Below are positions 1-10,166 of a stretch of DNA of 64,000 bases, piece by piece (the first letter of the stretch is position 1; every line of letters starts with the position of its first letter). The notes beneath the pieces were generated by a model. The model was not told the origin of the DNA, did not search any database, and saw only the letters and a list, made by a program, of their open reading frames with translations. Source of the stretch: a bacterium (GTDB lineage: Bacteria > SAR324 > NAC60-12); assembly GCA_965209155.1 (NCBI GenBank), contig OZ242383.1:2400001-2464000 (forward strand), written 5' to 3'. The translations under genes were made by a program, and so were the position numbers.

Positions 1-74
1 TGCGATACATCAAACCCGAAGACGTCTTGCGAAAAGCACAGCAGTTATTGAACTCCAGGGACTCGAAATCATAA
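1..74 (+). CDS. 3' end of a gene entering the window, possibly a GT9 (heptosyltransferase-like) glycosyltransferase
   Basis: Frame from nt 3 reads RYIKPEDVLRKAQQLLNSRDSKS*. The 'I.PEDV' tail resembles GT9 C-termini, but only 23 residues are visible. Confidence 0.3.
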   Translation, partial: RYIKPEDVLRKAQQLLNSRDSKS

Positions 75-296
75 AATATGAGATGCTTCAATGGAGATGT
101 TATTGAAAAAATGCGTCAACGTCTTGCCGAAATGATAACCAACCGCTTCGGCCATAAACAGAAAACGAAGGCTATTCAAACGTTTTTGGAATTAGAATTT
201 CAGATGCTTCCTGCGGGTCTGTGGAGAGGGTACAGACGGACACATGTAATGATCCGATTGCCCGCTGCACCTTTCTCATGATAAATGGTTTTTTAA

Positions 297-505
297 CCTG
301 AATTCGACATTGCTCTTCAAGAATATGCGTATCTTGAGTGTATTTATCATCCTCGCATGTTCCCGGATCAAGCCCGGGAGGGATCCAGTTTTTGGTATGG
401 CTGCATACCCCCTGGATTCCTGCTGCCGCAGGAATGACAGGGATTCTCTAAGTAAGAGGATCCCATAACATATTGAATTTATTAAATTCTTATGTCGAAC
501 TCAGG
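297..505. mobile_element. MITE-like element, family B, carrying GTCATTCC-type hairpins
   Basis: Terminal inverted repeats CCTGAATTCGACAT (297-310) and ATGTCGAACTCAGG (492-505). Internal hairpins cccggatcaagcccggg and ggattcctgctgccgcaggaatgaca. Its reverse complement aligns with ~63624-63764. Confidence 0.7.
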
Positions 506-509
506 CAAT

Positions 510-785
510 TTAAGAATTGACTGCAGCTTTCAACTTGCTCCCTGCACTGAACTTTACTGATTTTGAAGCAGCAATTTTGATGGGATCCCCTGTTTGAGGG
601 TTACGACCCTCGCGGGCAGAACGATTCGAAATGGAGAAAGTACCAAAACCGGTCAATGGAATTGATTCACCTTTTTCCAAACCACTTTTAATCACCTCCA
701 GCGTTGCATTTAAAAATAATTCCGCATCTACTTTGCTTCTTCCTGTTTTGTCTGCAATCGCTGCAATCAGGTCTGATTTTGTCAT
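510..785 (-). CDS. hup: HU family DNA-binding protein
   Basis: 91 aa with MTKSDLI start, GFGTF, R.GRNPQTG..IKI and KF.AG..LK motifs. Confidence 0.97.
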   Translation of the reverse strand: MTKSDLIAAIADKTGRSKVDAELFLNATLEVIKSGLEKGESIPLTGFGTFSISNRSAREGRNPQTGDPIKIAASKSVKFSAGSKLKAAVNS

Positions 786-1343
786 AATTTTTCCCTTCTA
801 ATTAGATTAATAATGAGACAACCAACTTGCGTTTATTATGTTATAAAAAGCACTGATCCGATAAAGAAGGTCCTTAACATACAAGCTGACCTGGCTAGCT
901 CCTGCCCAGGTATAGATAAATTCAACAGTTAAGTTATTTATTCCCCTCAAAATCGGTACCGAGACAATTTCTTTGCCAATTAAATATTCCAAACTGCAAT
1001 GAATTGCATGTATCGTCAAAAATCCTCAACAAATATCGTCCTGGCATTGTTTAGCTCACAACAGCCCGGAAGTCAAGTCTCCTCTTTTTTCTCAATGCAG
1101 CATTGATTATATACCATCGCAAAAAAAGAAAAATGATGTTATTTTATAAAGACGGTTCCAGAATCTGTCTTTACCACGGAAAAGGTACGATAATTGTAAG
1201 TTAAATGTAAAACGCCTGTCGATCAGTTGCTGTTGTTTAATTCCGGTTTCAGATTACAAATTGAAAAAAATTTGTGTTGCATAACCCGAGTCCTCATATT
1301 TCTATCTGTTCAATCGACGGCGTGAATACATTATTATTATTGT

Positions 1344-1526
1344 ACGTGAATCAGGAATCAAAAAACGTGTCATTCCTGGCTTGACCAGGAATCCAGGGGG
1401 ACATGGGCGATTTTTTGGATACCGGATCATCCCGGATCAAGTCCGGGATGATCCGGGACCGGCATGACACATAAAAATTATTAAATTTTTGATTTTATAA
1501 ATTAAATTTCAACCCCTGATTCGCAT
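1344..1526 (+). mobile_element. MITE-like element, family A, with paired GTCATTCC hairpins
   Basis: Begins ACGTGAATCAGG and ends CCTGATTCGCAT. Contains gtcattcctggcttgaccaggaatcc and an AT-rich tail. Related copies at 10167 and 19400, and an inverted copy at 34150-34382. Confidence 0.8.
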
Positions 1527-1565
1527 TATAGTTGGAAAAGATAATCACGACGGGTGGGTGAAATC

Positions 1566-4500
1566 ATGGATGACAATGTAGCAAAGGGATGGGGGTTTTC
1601 ATATATTGTTGGGGTCTCGGTCATCCTTCACGTTTTGGGATTATTCCTGATTCTCATCTTTTCTATGCCAACCGAGAAACAACATCAAAGATCTTCTGTT
1701 CGTGTCGGAATTAAATTTGCTCCCAAACATGTTGTAAGCGATTCAATAACTCCCCTTTCTGATTCACAAGAGGATGGAATCGGCATGCAAGATGAAACTG
1801 TTGAAGGTGGACCTGTCGAATCCACAGTGGCCCCTGTAAAACCCTCACTGCCCAAGAAAGAAGTCGCTGCTGTTCCTGCACCTGAGACACCCAAGACTGT
1901 GGAAGCAACGGTTCCTGAAAAACCTGTATTGCCGGAAATGGAGGTCACTGAAACTAAAACAAATCAAGTCTCTCCAAAAAAAGAAAAGTTGACTGCGCAA
2001 CCGAAAAAGAAACTTCTTCCTGAAAAGGACCAGGTTGTTCAAATTCCTGAAAAAAACGCACTGCCTCAGGAAACAGTGGCTGCAGTTCCGGAAAAACCCA
2101 TCTCGCCTGAGATGGAAGTGACAGCAACTTCTGAGGAACGGATCTCACCTAAAAAAGAAAAGTTGACTGCGCAACCGAAAAAGTCCGCACCAACAGAGAA
2201 TCAACAAGTTGTTCAAACTCCCGAAAAAAAGATAACGAGTGAGAAAATGAAGGTTGCTCATTCAGAAAATCCAACATCTCCGGTCATAGAACAGGTTGTC
2301 CAAGCTCCGGAAAATCGCGAATCAACCGAGAAAAAGCAGATCGCTCAATCCGTAGAGAAACTCACCCCATCTAAAAAGAAGAAAGAAGTGGCTGTGCCGG
2401 AAAAAACGGTCACTCCTGAAAAAGAACAGGTCGTGCAAGTACCGGAAAGCCAGGAACCAGCTGAAAAAGAGCCAGTAGCGCAAGCTGAGGAAAAAGTCAT
2501 TCCTCCCGAAAAGGAAGAGGTGGCTGTGCCGGAAAAAACGGTCACTCCTGAAAAAGAACAGGTCGTGCAAGTACCGGAAAGCCAGGAACCGGCCGAAAAA
2601 GAGCCAGTAGCGCAAGCTGAGGAAAAAGTCATTCCTCCCGAAAAGGAAGAGGTGGCTGTGCCGGAAAAAACGGTCACTCCTGAAAAAGAACAGGTCGTGC
2701 AAGTACCGGAAAAGCCAGTACCCGCTGAAAAAGAACAGGTTGCGCAAGTGCCGGAAAGCCAGGAACCGGCCGAAAAAGAGCCAGTAGCGCAAGCTGAGGA
2801 AAAAGTCATTCCTCCTGAAAAGGAAGAGGTGGCTGTGCCGGAAAAAACGGTCACTCCTGAAAAAGAACAGGTCGTGCAAGTACCGGAAAAGCCAGTACCC
2901 GCTGAAAAAGAGCCAGTAGTTCAAGCTGAGGAAAAAGTCATTCCTCCTGAAAAGGAAGAGGTGGCTGTGCCGGAAAAAACGGTCACTCCTGAAAAAGAAC
3001 AGGTCGTGCAAGTACCGGAAAAGCCAGTATCCGCTGAAAAAGAGCCAGTAGTTCAAGCTGAGGAAAAAGTCATTCCTCCCGAAAAGGAAGAGGTGGCTGT
3101 GCTGGAAAAAACGGTCACTCCTGAAAAAGAACAGGTCGCGCAAGTGCCGGAAAAGCCAGTACCCGCTGAAAAAGAGCCAGTAGTTCAAGCTGAGGAAAAA
3201 GTCATTCCTCCTGAAAAGGAAGAGGTGGCTGTGCCGGAAAAAACGGTCACTCCTGAAAAAGAACAGGTCGCGCAAGTGCCGGAAAAGCCAGTACCCGCTG
3301 AAAAAGATCAAGTAGTTCAAGCTGAGGAAAAAGTCATTCCTCCCGAAAAGGAAGAGGTGGTTGTGGCGGAAAAAACGGTCACTCCTGAAAAAGAACAGGT
3401 CGTGCAAGTACCGGAAAAGCCAGTACCCGCTGAAAAAGATCAAGTAGTTCAAGCAGAGGAAAAAGTCATTCCTCCTGAAAAGGAAATAGTGGCTGTGCCG
3501 GAAAAAACGGTCACTCCTGAAAAAGAACAGGTTGCGCAAGTGCCGGAAAGCCAGGAACCAGCTAAAAAAGAGCCAGTAGCGCAAGCAGAGGAAAAAGTCA
3601 TTCCTCCTGAAAAGGAAATTGCGGCTGTGCCCGTAAAACAGGCGGATCGAACGCCCAAAAAACCGGAACCGGTGGCAGAACAAAATATTGTCTTAGCACC
3701 TAAAAAACCAACGCTTCAAATGGAAGTGGCTGCGGTGGAGTCGGTACTTATTAACAAGACAATGCCAACCGTCCACGGTGAACTGAGCCTCAAAACTGAA
3801 TTAAAACAAGCACCTCAGCTCCCTGCCAAACAATTGACGAAAAAAACAAATACCGCGCTCTTACCCAAATTAAAACCCAAGATTCTGGCCAAATCTTTTT
3901 CCAAACAGAATCGAACTCAAACTTTTATTTCCGAAAAATCGCCGTCGGCAATACAACCCCGGGAGTTAAGCGATGCTCCTTTGTCAAAATTATCCTCAAG
4001 ATCCAAAAAAGAGGTTCTTTCTTCCGATGAAGTCCTGGTAGAGGCTCCCAAAGCGCTAAAAAAAATGGAAAAACCCCCTTCCGTTTCCGTTCCGGATTCT
4101 CCGGCCCCTTTGATTTCCAAGTTAGAAATTGCACCCCGTGTGTCGGATGAAGCCATCACGGAAACACCTGAATTGCAGCTCAAGGAGCCTGCCACTGTTC
4201 TTGCGCGTGAAACCTTGGATACCACCTTGGAACTGGAAACTTTGGAGCCAACACCGGATGTGGCTGATAAAGCCATCACCGAAACACCGCAGTTGGAACC
4301 TGCGAATCCCGCTCCCGAACTCTCCACTGAAACCATCGCTGAAAGCTTGAAATTGGAGCCTTTGAAATCCACTCCGGATGTGCCTGGGGAAACCATCAAA
4401 GAAACGCCTCAACTGGAACTCGCGGATGATAAGGTAGTTTTGTCGGATGAGGCCATAGACGCAAATCTGGAACTGGAACTCGCTTCGGAAGTTTCAAGCG

Positions 4501-6326
4501 AAGCTATTGAGGCCATTCCGAAACTGCAAACAGCGAAACCGGTATTGAATCTCTCGAATGAAACCAATGCCGCAAACCTGGAATTGAAACCTTTGGAGCC
4601 TGCACCGGATATGGCACATGAAGTTGTCAAGGAAATTCCCAAATTAGAATCCAAAGAAGCCGTGCCGGGGATCAAAGCAAAATCCGTTGTTGCAGACTTG
4701 GAATTGGAGTTGAAGTCTGTGGAAAATATTTCACAAGAAACCATCACTGCCACTCCCAAACTCGAGTCGTCAAAACCTACACCCAAACTTTCGCAAGAAA
4801 CCATCGCCAATATCGAACTGGAACCTCTAGAACCAACTCCGGAGGTGTCTCACGAAGTTGTTTCCGCAACACCAAAATTAAAACCTGCAGGACCCGCTCC
4901 CAGTCTTTCGGATGAAACTGTTGCTACAAAGCTGAAACTGGATCCCTTGGAACCATCTTCGAAAATGTCACGCGAACTCATCGTAGCGACTCCAAAATTA
5001 GAGCCCTCGGAATCTGAAACTGAAATTCCGGATGAAACTATTGTCACCAAACTCGAATTGGAATTAAAACCTTCTGCGAAAGTGTCTCAGGTAGCGATCA
5101 CTGCAGCTCCCGAACTCGAACCCGCGAAACCTGCCCCTGGTCCCTCCGACACGGTCATTGCCACAAATCTGGAACTGGACTTGGAGTCGGTTCCTGAAGG
5201 ATCGGATGAAGTCATCATGACTACTCCGGAATTGGAGCTAGAACCCACACCCGATTTAGCAGAGGATGCCATCGCCGAGTTGAAGTTGGAACCCTTGGAA
5301 CCCGCTCCTGATGTCGTGAATGAAGAGATCACTGCAACCCCGGACCTGGAAACCGCTGCACCCGTTCCCGGAGCATCGGATGAAGCCATCGTTTCAAACC
5401 TGGAATTGGACTTGGGACCGGTTCCCAACGTATCCGACGAGGCAGTTACGGCAATTCCCGACCTGGAACCTGTGGGGCCTGTGAATGGAGCATTAAATGA
5501 AGATATCGACACAAGCCTGGAACTTGATTTAGAACCCGTCCCAGATGCCTTGGATGAAGCAATTACGGATACACCGGAATTGGATTTGAAACCAGCGCCT
5601 GATCTTTCGAAGGAGACAATTGCTTCACTGGAATCAAAACCTTTGAACCCCACACCTCAACTGTCCGATGAAGCCATCACGGAGACCCCGGAGTTGGCCT
5701 TGAAACCCGCACTAGAATTATCGGATGAAGCGATCGCTGCCTTGGAATCGGAGCCCTTGGAACCCGCCCCGGCAGTCAAGGACAAAGCAATCAATTCGAT
5801 ACCAGATTTGCAGACCAACGAAGTCGCTCCCGATACCGTGGAAATCTCTCTGAACGTGGTGCCGGAGCCGGGTTACACCCTCGTTGACAAAGAAACAGAC
5901 ACTCGAAATTTCGAATTAAAAACAGAGAGTGACTCCAATTCATTTGCAGTGGCCAAAGCAGACGCCAGCAATTTGAAACCAACAATTGCAGGTTCCAAAG
6001 TGGCTCCTGGTGAGGGTAATGTCGCTTTTGGCCCCTCTTACCAATTGCGCTTGGAGCGCGAACAATACAATGCATTGATCGCTGTCGCAGTTCAACAGGA
6101 GTTTGAGGCCCCCGACCACCATAGAGATAAAAATCTAGTTGTGCTCATCGAAGTCATGATTGGCTCCCATGGACAACTCGTTGAACACAAATTACAACGA
6201 AGCAGCAGAGTCAGTGAATTTGATTTTGCTGCCATCACGGCAGTGAAAACCGCGCATTTTCCAAGACTTCCGGAACATTTATCAAAAGATCCACCCTATG
6301 TCGTTGTTTTGAAAATCTCGCCTTAA
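1566..6326 (+). CDS. Very large TolA/TonB-like protein: N-terminal TM anchor, long Pro/Glu/Lys repeat stalk, TonB_C/TolA C-terminal domain
   Basis: TM segment with SVILH (SxxxH) motif. C-terminus V.I...G.L.....RSS...FD.AA..AV....FP..P. Lies directly upstream of tolB. ATG 1566 preferred over GTG 1554. Confidence 0.85.
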   Translation: MDDNVAKGWGFSYIVGVSVILHVLGLFLILIFSMPTEKQHQRSSVRVGIKFAPKHVVSDSITPLSDSQEDGIGMQDETVEGGPVESTVAPVKPSLPKKEVAAVPAPETPKTVEATVPEKPVLPEMEVTETKTNQVSPKKEKLTAQPKKKLLPEKDQVVQIPEKNALPQETVAAVPEKPISPEMEVTATSEERISPKKEKLTAQPKKSAPTENQQVVQTPEKKITSEKMKVAHSENPTSPVIEQVVQAPENRESTEKKQIAQSVEKLTPSKKKKEVAVPEKTVTPEKEQVVQVPESQEPAEKEPVAQAEEKVIPPEKEEVAVPEKTVTPEKEQVVQVPESQEPAEKEPVAQAEEKVIPPEKEEVAVPEKTVTPEKEQVVQVPEKPVPAEKEQVAQVPESQEPAEKEPVAQAEEKVIPPEKEEVAVPEKTVTPEKEQVVQVPEKPVPAEKEPVVQAEEKVIPPEKEEVAVPEKTVTPEKEQVVQVPEKPVSAEKEPVVQAEEKVIPPEKEEVAVLEKTVTPEKEQVAQVPEKPVPAEKEPVVQAEEKVIPPEKEEVAVPEKTVTPEKEQVAQVPEKPVPAEKDQVVQAEEKVIPPEKEEVVVAEKTVTPEKEQVVQVPEKPVPAEKDQVVQAEEKVIPPEKEIVAVPEKTVTPEKEQVAQVPESQEPAKKEPVAQAEEKVIPPEKEIAAVPVKQADRTPKKPEPVAEQNIVLAPKKPTLQMEVAAVESVLINKTMPTVHGELSLKTELKQAPQLPAKQLTKKTNTALLPKLKPKILAKSFSKQNRTQTFISEKSPSAIQPRELSDAPLSKLSSRSKKEVLSSDEVLVEAPKALKKMEKPPSVSVPDSPAPLISKLEIAPRVSDEAITETPELQLKEPATVLARETLDTTLELETLEPTPDVADKAITETPQLEPANPAPELSTETIAESLKLEPLKSTPDVPGETIKETPQLELADDKVVLSDEAIDANLELELASEVSSEAIEAIPKLQTAKPVLNLSNETNAANLELKPLEPAPDMAHEVVKEIPKLESKEAVPGIKAKSVVADLELELKSVENISQETITATPKLESSKPTPKLSQETIANIELEPLEPTPEVSHEVVSATPKLKPAGPAPSLSDETVATKLKLDPLEPSSKMSRELIVATPKLEPSESETEIPDETIVTKLELELKPSAKVSQVAITAAPELEPAKPAPGPSDTVIATNLELDLESVPEGSDEVIMTTPELELEPTPDLAEDAIAELKLEPLEPAPDVVNEEITATPDLETAAPVPGASDEAIVSNLELDLGPVPNVSDEAVTAIPDLEPVGPVNGALNEDIDTSLELDLEPVPDALDEAITDTPELDLKPAPDLSKETIASLESKPLNPTPQLSDEAITETPELALKPALELSDEAIAALESEPLEPAPAVKDKAINSIPDLQTNEVAPDTVEISLNVVPEPGYTLVDKETDTRNFELKTESDSNSFAVAKADASNLKPTIAGSKVAPGEGNVAFGPSYQLRLEREQYNALIAVAVQQEFEAPDHHRDKNLVVLIEVMIGSHGQLVEHKLQRSSRVSEFDFAAITAVKTAHFPRLPEHLSKDPPYVVVLKISP
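2388..3620 (+). repeat. Intragenic tandem repeat: eight 132-bp units plus one 177-bp unit
   Basis: The unit start (gtggctgtgccggaaaaaacgg-like) recurs at 2388, 2520, 2652, 2829, 2961, 3093, 3225, 3357 and 3489, and the array ends at ~3620. Each unit encodes ~44 aa (VAVPEKTVTPEKEQVVQVPE...EEKVIPPEKEE). Confidence 0.95.
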
Positions 6327-6418
6327 CTTTTCAAGTCACCCCTGTCAGAATGGCTGGAACTCGAGAACTCCTGTTAAGTAAAAAATGCTCAGACGAAATT
6401 ATTTACGAGGAATTGGTT

Positions 6419-7687
6419 ATGGTAGTACGCATCACCGTGTTTGGAATTTTATGCTGGATCACTCCTTTTTTCGCTTCAGGACAGACCTATTCTCCTGACG
6501 TCGTATCGATTGAGGGACTAAAATTTTCCCGTTTTGTACTTTCTGTAAAAACACTGGCAAATTTTTCGGCACATTCCAAAGCGACAAGTTGGTTGTATGT
6601 CTTGGAGAAAAACCTTTGCTGGAGTGGTGTTTTTAAGTTGTTTGATTCCGCCAATAACTTCTGCCGGGTTACCGGTGAACGATTGGATTTGCAATTGCAC
6701 GTGGGAATCAAAGAAACCGGTAGACCTGCTGTGATATTGACCGTTGCGGACTCAGAAGGAATCGCACTGTTTGAGGAAATAATCCCTCTTGTGCAAAATC
6801 GTCTTCGGGAAACAGACGTGATGGAAGTGATCAACCAAATCACTGAAAAACTCACCGTACAACCAGGCATCTTGGGGTCCACAATTGCTTTTAGTTTCAA
6901 ACAACCCGGTTACAGGAGCGTGATTGCTCGCATCAATACTCATGGTCAACACCTCGCTGCGGTTTCTCACAATCGTTTCATCAGTATCATCCCTGAATGG
7001 AATCCTGATGGTACTTCGATTGTTTACACGGTGGTTAGTCGTTCCGGGACTTCAGTATACCACGATGACCTGAGAGGAAATACTCGGCTCTTGGTTAAAA
7101 GAGAGGGGGTCAATACAGGCGGTACCTGGACAAAAAATGGCAAAGCGCTCATTTTCTCCTACAGCAGAAACGGCAATGCAGATCTTTATATGTATCATCT
7201 GGAAACTCAAAAACTCACCCGATTGACCACTCATCCTCGTATCGACACATCACCTTCCTTGTCACCGGATGGTAAAAATCTTCTCTTTGTTTCAGACCGT
7301 GCCGGCAGTCCGCAAATTTACAACATGCGATTGCCAAGCAAAGAAGTGCGTCGCGTGACCTTCACGGACTCCCGAAATACTGACCCGGTTTGGAGTCCGG
7401 ATGGCTCTTTGATTGCTTTTACTAAATTCACTCGAGGCAGGGACCAGATTTATCTCATGGACAGTGCAGGAGAGAACGTTCGTCCTCTCATCCAGAGTCC
7501 ATATCCCTGTGAACAACCTGCGTGGTCCCCGGATAATCGGCAGATCGTCTTCTCATCCAAACGTGGAAAAGATTTTAAACTTTATACTGTTTTTTTGGAC
7601 GGAAAAGGATTACGTCGATTGACCCAAACTCCAGAAGGTTATCATGAGCAATCTCCTTCCTGGACACTCCGCCGAATCGATTTTTAG
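6419..7687 (+). CDS. tolB: TolB family periplasmic beta-propeller protein
   Basis: Signal peptide after ATG 6419. Repeated PD40 motifs (PEWNPDG, PSLSPDG, PVWSPDG, PAWSPDN). The ORF track extends to 6350. Confidence 0.92.
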   Translation: MVVRITVFGILCWITPFFASGQTYSPDVVSIEGLKFSRFVLSVKTLANFSAHSKATSWLYVLEKNLCWSGVFKLFDSANNFCRVTGERLDLQLHVGIKETGRPAVILTVADSEGIALFEEIIPLVQNRLRETDVMEVINQITEKLTVQPGILGSTIAFSFKQPGYRSVIARINTHGQHLAAVSHNRFISIIPEWNPDGTSIVYTVVSRSGTSVYHDDLRGNTRLLVKREGVNTGGTWTKNGKALIFSYSRNGNADLYMYHLETQKLTRLTTHPRIDTSPSLSPDGKNLLFVSDRAGSPQIYNMRLPSKEVRRVTFTDSRNTDPVWSPDGSLIAFTKFTRGRDQIYLMDSAGENVRPLIQSPYPCEQPAWSPDNRQIVFSSKRGKDFKLYTVFLDGKGLRRLTQTPEGYHEQSPSWTLRRIDF

Positions 7688-7696
7688 GATTATTCT

Positions 7697-8596
7697 ATGA
7701 CTACTCACAAGGCTTCCAAGGTAAAGACTGTTTTAAATCACCTTTGGATATATGGAATGATGGGAGCAAGCGGAATATTGGTTGCTTGCGCTCCTCCGAA
7801 TCCAACCCCGGTGGCCACGGCCCAATCGGGTTTACTCAATAATTTGGAGACACGAATCCAGAACCTGGAAAATCAATCCAAGGTGCAGGATCAAATGCAA
7901 ATGGAATGGAGCAGTGTTCAAGATAGAATAAAGAAATTGGAAAAACTGCAGGATAACCTTCAAGAAATCAAACAGTTAGAGCGGAATCAGAATCAGTTGC
8001 TGCTGGAGTACCAGGAAGAGTTTGAAGATCGCATGGCCCGTTTGGAAGCTGATCTGGAACGAAATTTTCAACGAATTCGCAAAATAACAGCAAACGCACC
8101 GCTTCAAAATGGTACTGGTGTCTCCAGCGAACAAGCGTATTCCCAAACTGATTCGGCGCAAGATTTGGAGATGTCGGGGTCAGACGATTCTGCAGATTCC
8201 CAAACACCTGTCACCCGACCTCCCAGCGTTGAACAGCAATTTGAAATTGCGTCGGAATTGTATAACACGAAACAGTTTTTTAAATCCATTGAACTATTGC
8301 GAGAGTTCAGAAGGAAACATCCCCAACATCCCAGTGCGGTGGAAGCCCACTATTTGATAGGAGATGCCTATTATTCCTTGCAAGATTACCCCTCTGCTGC
8401 CATTGAGCTTTACGACTTTGTTGAACAAAACTCCCATCATCCCAGTACTATTGACGCACGTTGGAAACTCGCGCAGTCACTTGAAAAATCCGGAGAACTT
8501 GGACTGGCGCTGAGTATCTATCAGGAACTGGCGAGTCAAATCGATGCTCCTTATCAGGAACAAGCGCAGAAAAAATTGGAGGAGTATGAAAATTAA
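7697..8596 (+). CDS. cpoB: CpoB/YbgF-like coiled-coil plus TPR lipoprotein
   Basis: Lipobox LVAC, coiled-coil N-half, C-terminal TPRs (HP.H..A.EAHYLIG..YY). Follows tolB. Confidence 0.8.
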   Translation: MTTHKASKVKTVLNHLWIYGMMGASGILVACAPPNPTPVATAQSGLLNNLETRIQNLENQSKVQDQMQMEWSSVQDRIKKLEKLQDNLQEIKQLERNQNQLLLEYQEEFEDRMARLEADLERNFQRIRKITANAPLQNGTGVSSEQAYSQTDSAQDLEMSGSDDSADSQTPVTRPPSVEQQFEIASELYNTKQFFKSIELLREFRRKHPQHPSAVEAHYLIGDAYYSLQDYPSAAIELYDFVEQNSHHPSTIDARWKLAQSLEKSGELGLALSIYQELASQIDAPYQEQAQKKLEEYEN

Positions 8597-8924
8597 TAAA
8601 AATGATAATTTCGTTCCCTGCCCCGACCGATTACCGGGTCCTCAAGAAATTGCCAGGGAAAAACGAAAAGCTCAATTATTACGCAAATCCCAATGGTGGA
8701 AGAACAAGCGCGGACATAATCAATGTTACTATTGTCAAAAAAAATTTCCTGCCAAAGAACTGACCATGGACCACCGGGTCCCCTTGACAAGAGGTGGGAA
8801 AAGCATTAAATCCAATCTCGTGCCCTGTTGCAAGGAATGCAACAACAATAAAAAATACTTGCTTCCTTTCGAGTGGAAATCAGGCTTAGCGCCACCAAAA
8901 TGGAGCAAATTCACTTTCACCTAG
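8586..8924 (+). CDS. HNH endonuclease
   Basis: CYYC...LTMDHRVPL.RGG.S...NLVPCCKECN..K. ATG 8586 overlaps the end of cpoB. Confidence 0.9.
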   Translation: MKINKNDNFVPCPDRLPGPQEIAREKRKAQLLRKSQWWKNKRGHNQCYYCQKKFPAKELTMDHRVPLTRGGKSIKSNLVPCCKECNNNKKYLLPFEWKSGLAPPKWSKFTFT

Positions 8925-8972
8925 AATCACTCCGGAAGGATGACAGGAAAACTGTCCGGGACCTGATCAATC

Positions 8973-10043
8973 TCAGTTCAACCTTTGAACAGTGGTGGGC
9001 AACGGATATTGCTTGATCTCCCCTTTTTCTCCTGCTTCGATTGCCAGGGAAGTTTTCTGCAAAACCCGTTTGTATTTGAGATAGCCGATGCCATGTCGAT
9101 TCGTTCCTCGAACGATTCGGCTCAAGCTGGTAATTTTTCCGATATTTTCCTGATCATGAAACAGTGATTGGCCTTTCTCCATCTGCAATCCGTGGGGGAC
9201 GATGAGACCGACGGATTGCCAGTTGGGATATCCACGGTGATACATGCGCGCGTGCGTTTCCTGTCCGATGTAGCACCCTTTTTGATAGGAGATATGATCC
9301 ATCAGGGCAGCTTCCTGGGGAAAATTTTCCTGTGTATAATCCACACCGAAGCGTGGAATTCCAGCATCAATCCGGATATGGTCAAAGGCATCAAAACCAG
9401 TGAGTTGAAGACCATGAGAACCATTCGACAACTCAGTCAGAAAGTCAACAAAAACGTATCGAGGGACAATGTTGATGAAATGCGGCATTTCCCCCAACAT
9501 GGAATGACATGATCGCATTCGTTGTTCCTGAAACCGCCATTCCATTTCACCACCATAACCCAAATCGGATAGAGCTTCTCCGGAACCGGGTCCAAGCAGG
9601 TCACAACGAAGGTAATCGGGAAGTAGTAGTTTCAATTCCAGTTCTTCTTGAATATGAAAGTGATCCAAATAACCACCCACGTAAGGTCCTTCGCCAGGGT
9701 TTGTAAACAAAATAAATTCATCTTCCGATACACGAAGTATTTTAACCTCGTACAAAATTCTGCCCTTGTGATTCGATAAAAGATTGGGTTGAATTTGTCC
9801 GATTTGAATTTGATTGACATCATTACTGACCATTCCCTGTAAGAACTGCGCGGCTTCAATGCCTTTGAGAGAAATCATGTGAAAGGACTTGAAGTCTAAA
9901 ATACCGGCAGCTGTTTGTATGGTCCTGATGTCTTGATCGACTCCGGAAGCATAACGCATGGGGAGCGTGGTTCCCTCAATTTCTACGAATTCGGCAGCAA
10001 ATTTTTCGTGGAAAGCGTCAATTTCAGAAAAATTCTTCATCAC
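8973..10043 (-). CDS. ygfZ: YgfZ/GcvT family folate-binding protein
   Basis: GcvT-like N-terminus (FLQGMVSNDV) plus the YgfZ signature KGCYIGQE. Confidence 0.88.
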   Translation of the reverse strand: MMKNFSEIDAFHEKFAAEFVEIEGTTLPMRYASGVDQDIRTIQTAAGILDFKSFHMISLKGIEAAQFLQGMVSNDVNQIQIGQIQPNLLSNHKGRILYEVKILRVSEDEFILFTNPGEGPYVGGYLDHFHIQEELELKLLLPDYLRCDLLGPGSGEALSDLGYGGEMEWRFQEQRMRSCHSMLGEMPHFINIVPRYVFVDFLTELSNGSHGLQLTGFDAFDHIRIDAGIPRFGVDYTQENFPQEAALMDHISYQKGCYIGQETHARMYHRGYPNWQSVGLIVPHGLQMEKGQSLFHDQENIGKITSLSRIVRGTNRHGIGYLKYKRVLQKTSLAIEAGEKGEIKQYPLPTTVQRLN

Positions 10044-10166
10044 CTGGAGAATAAATTTCCGTGTATCTTTTTAGTAGCAGCAATTGCCGCGCTCTCAAAT
10101 GTCGAATGAGAAGGGTTTTAGCAACTTTTCCTGCTGACTGGGACGGCAAATCTTTTGAAGATTATA

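Noticed and set aside
78..281. 67-aa ORF (also 807-1019, 56440-56664 and 63523-63801)
   Set aside because: These are short, have no motifs, and lie in intergenic or repeat DNA.
2322..3683. 453-aa minus-strand ORF rich in F/R/L, and other antisense ORFs over tolA
   Set aside because: These are antisense shadows of the tandem repeat and have no protein-like features.
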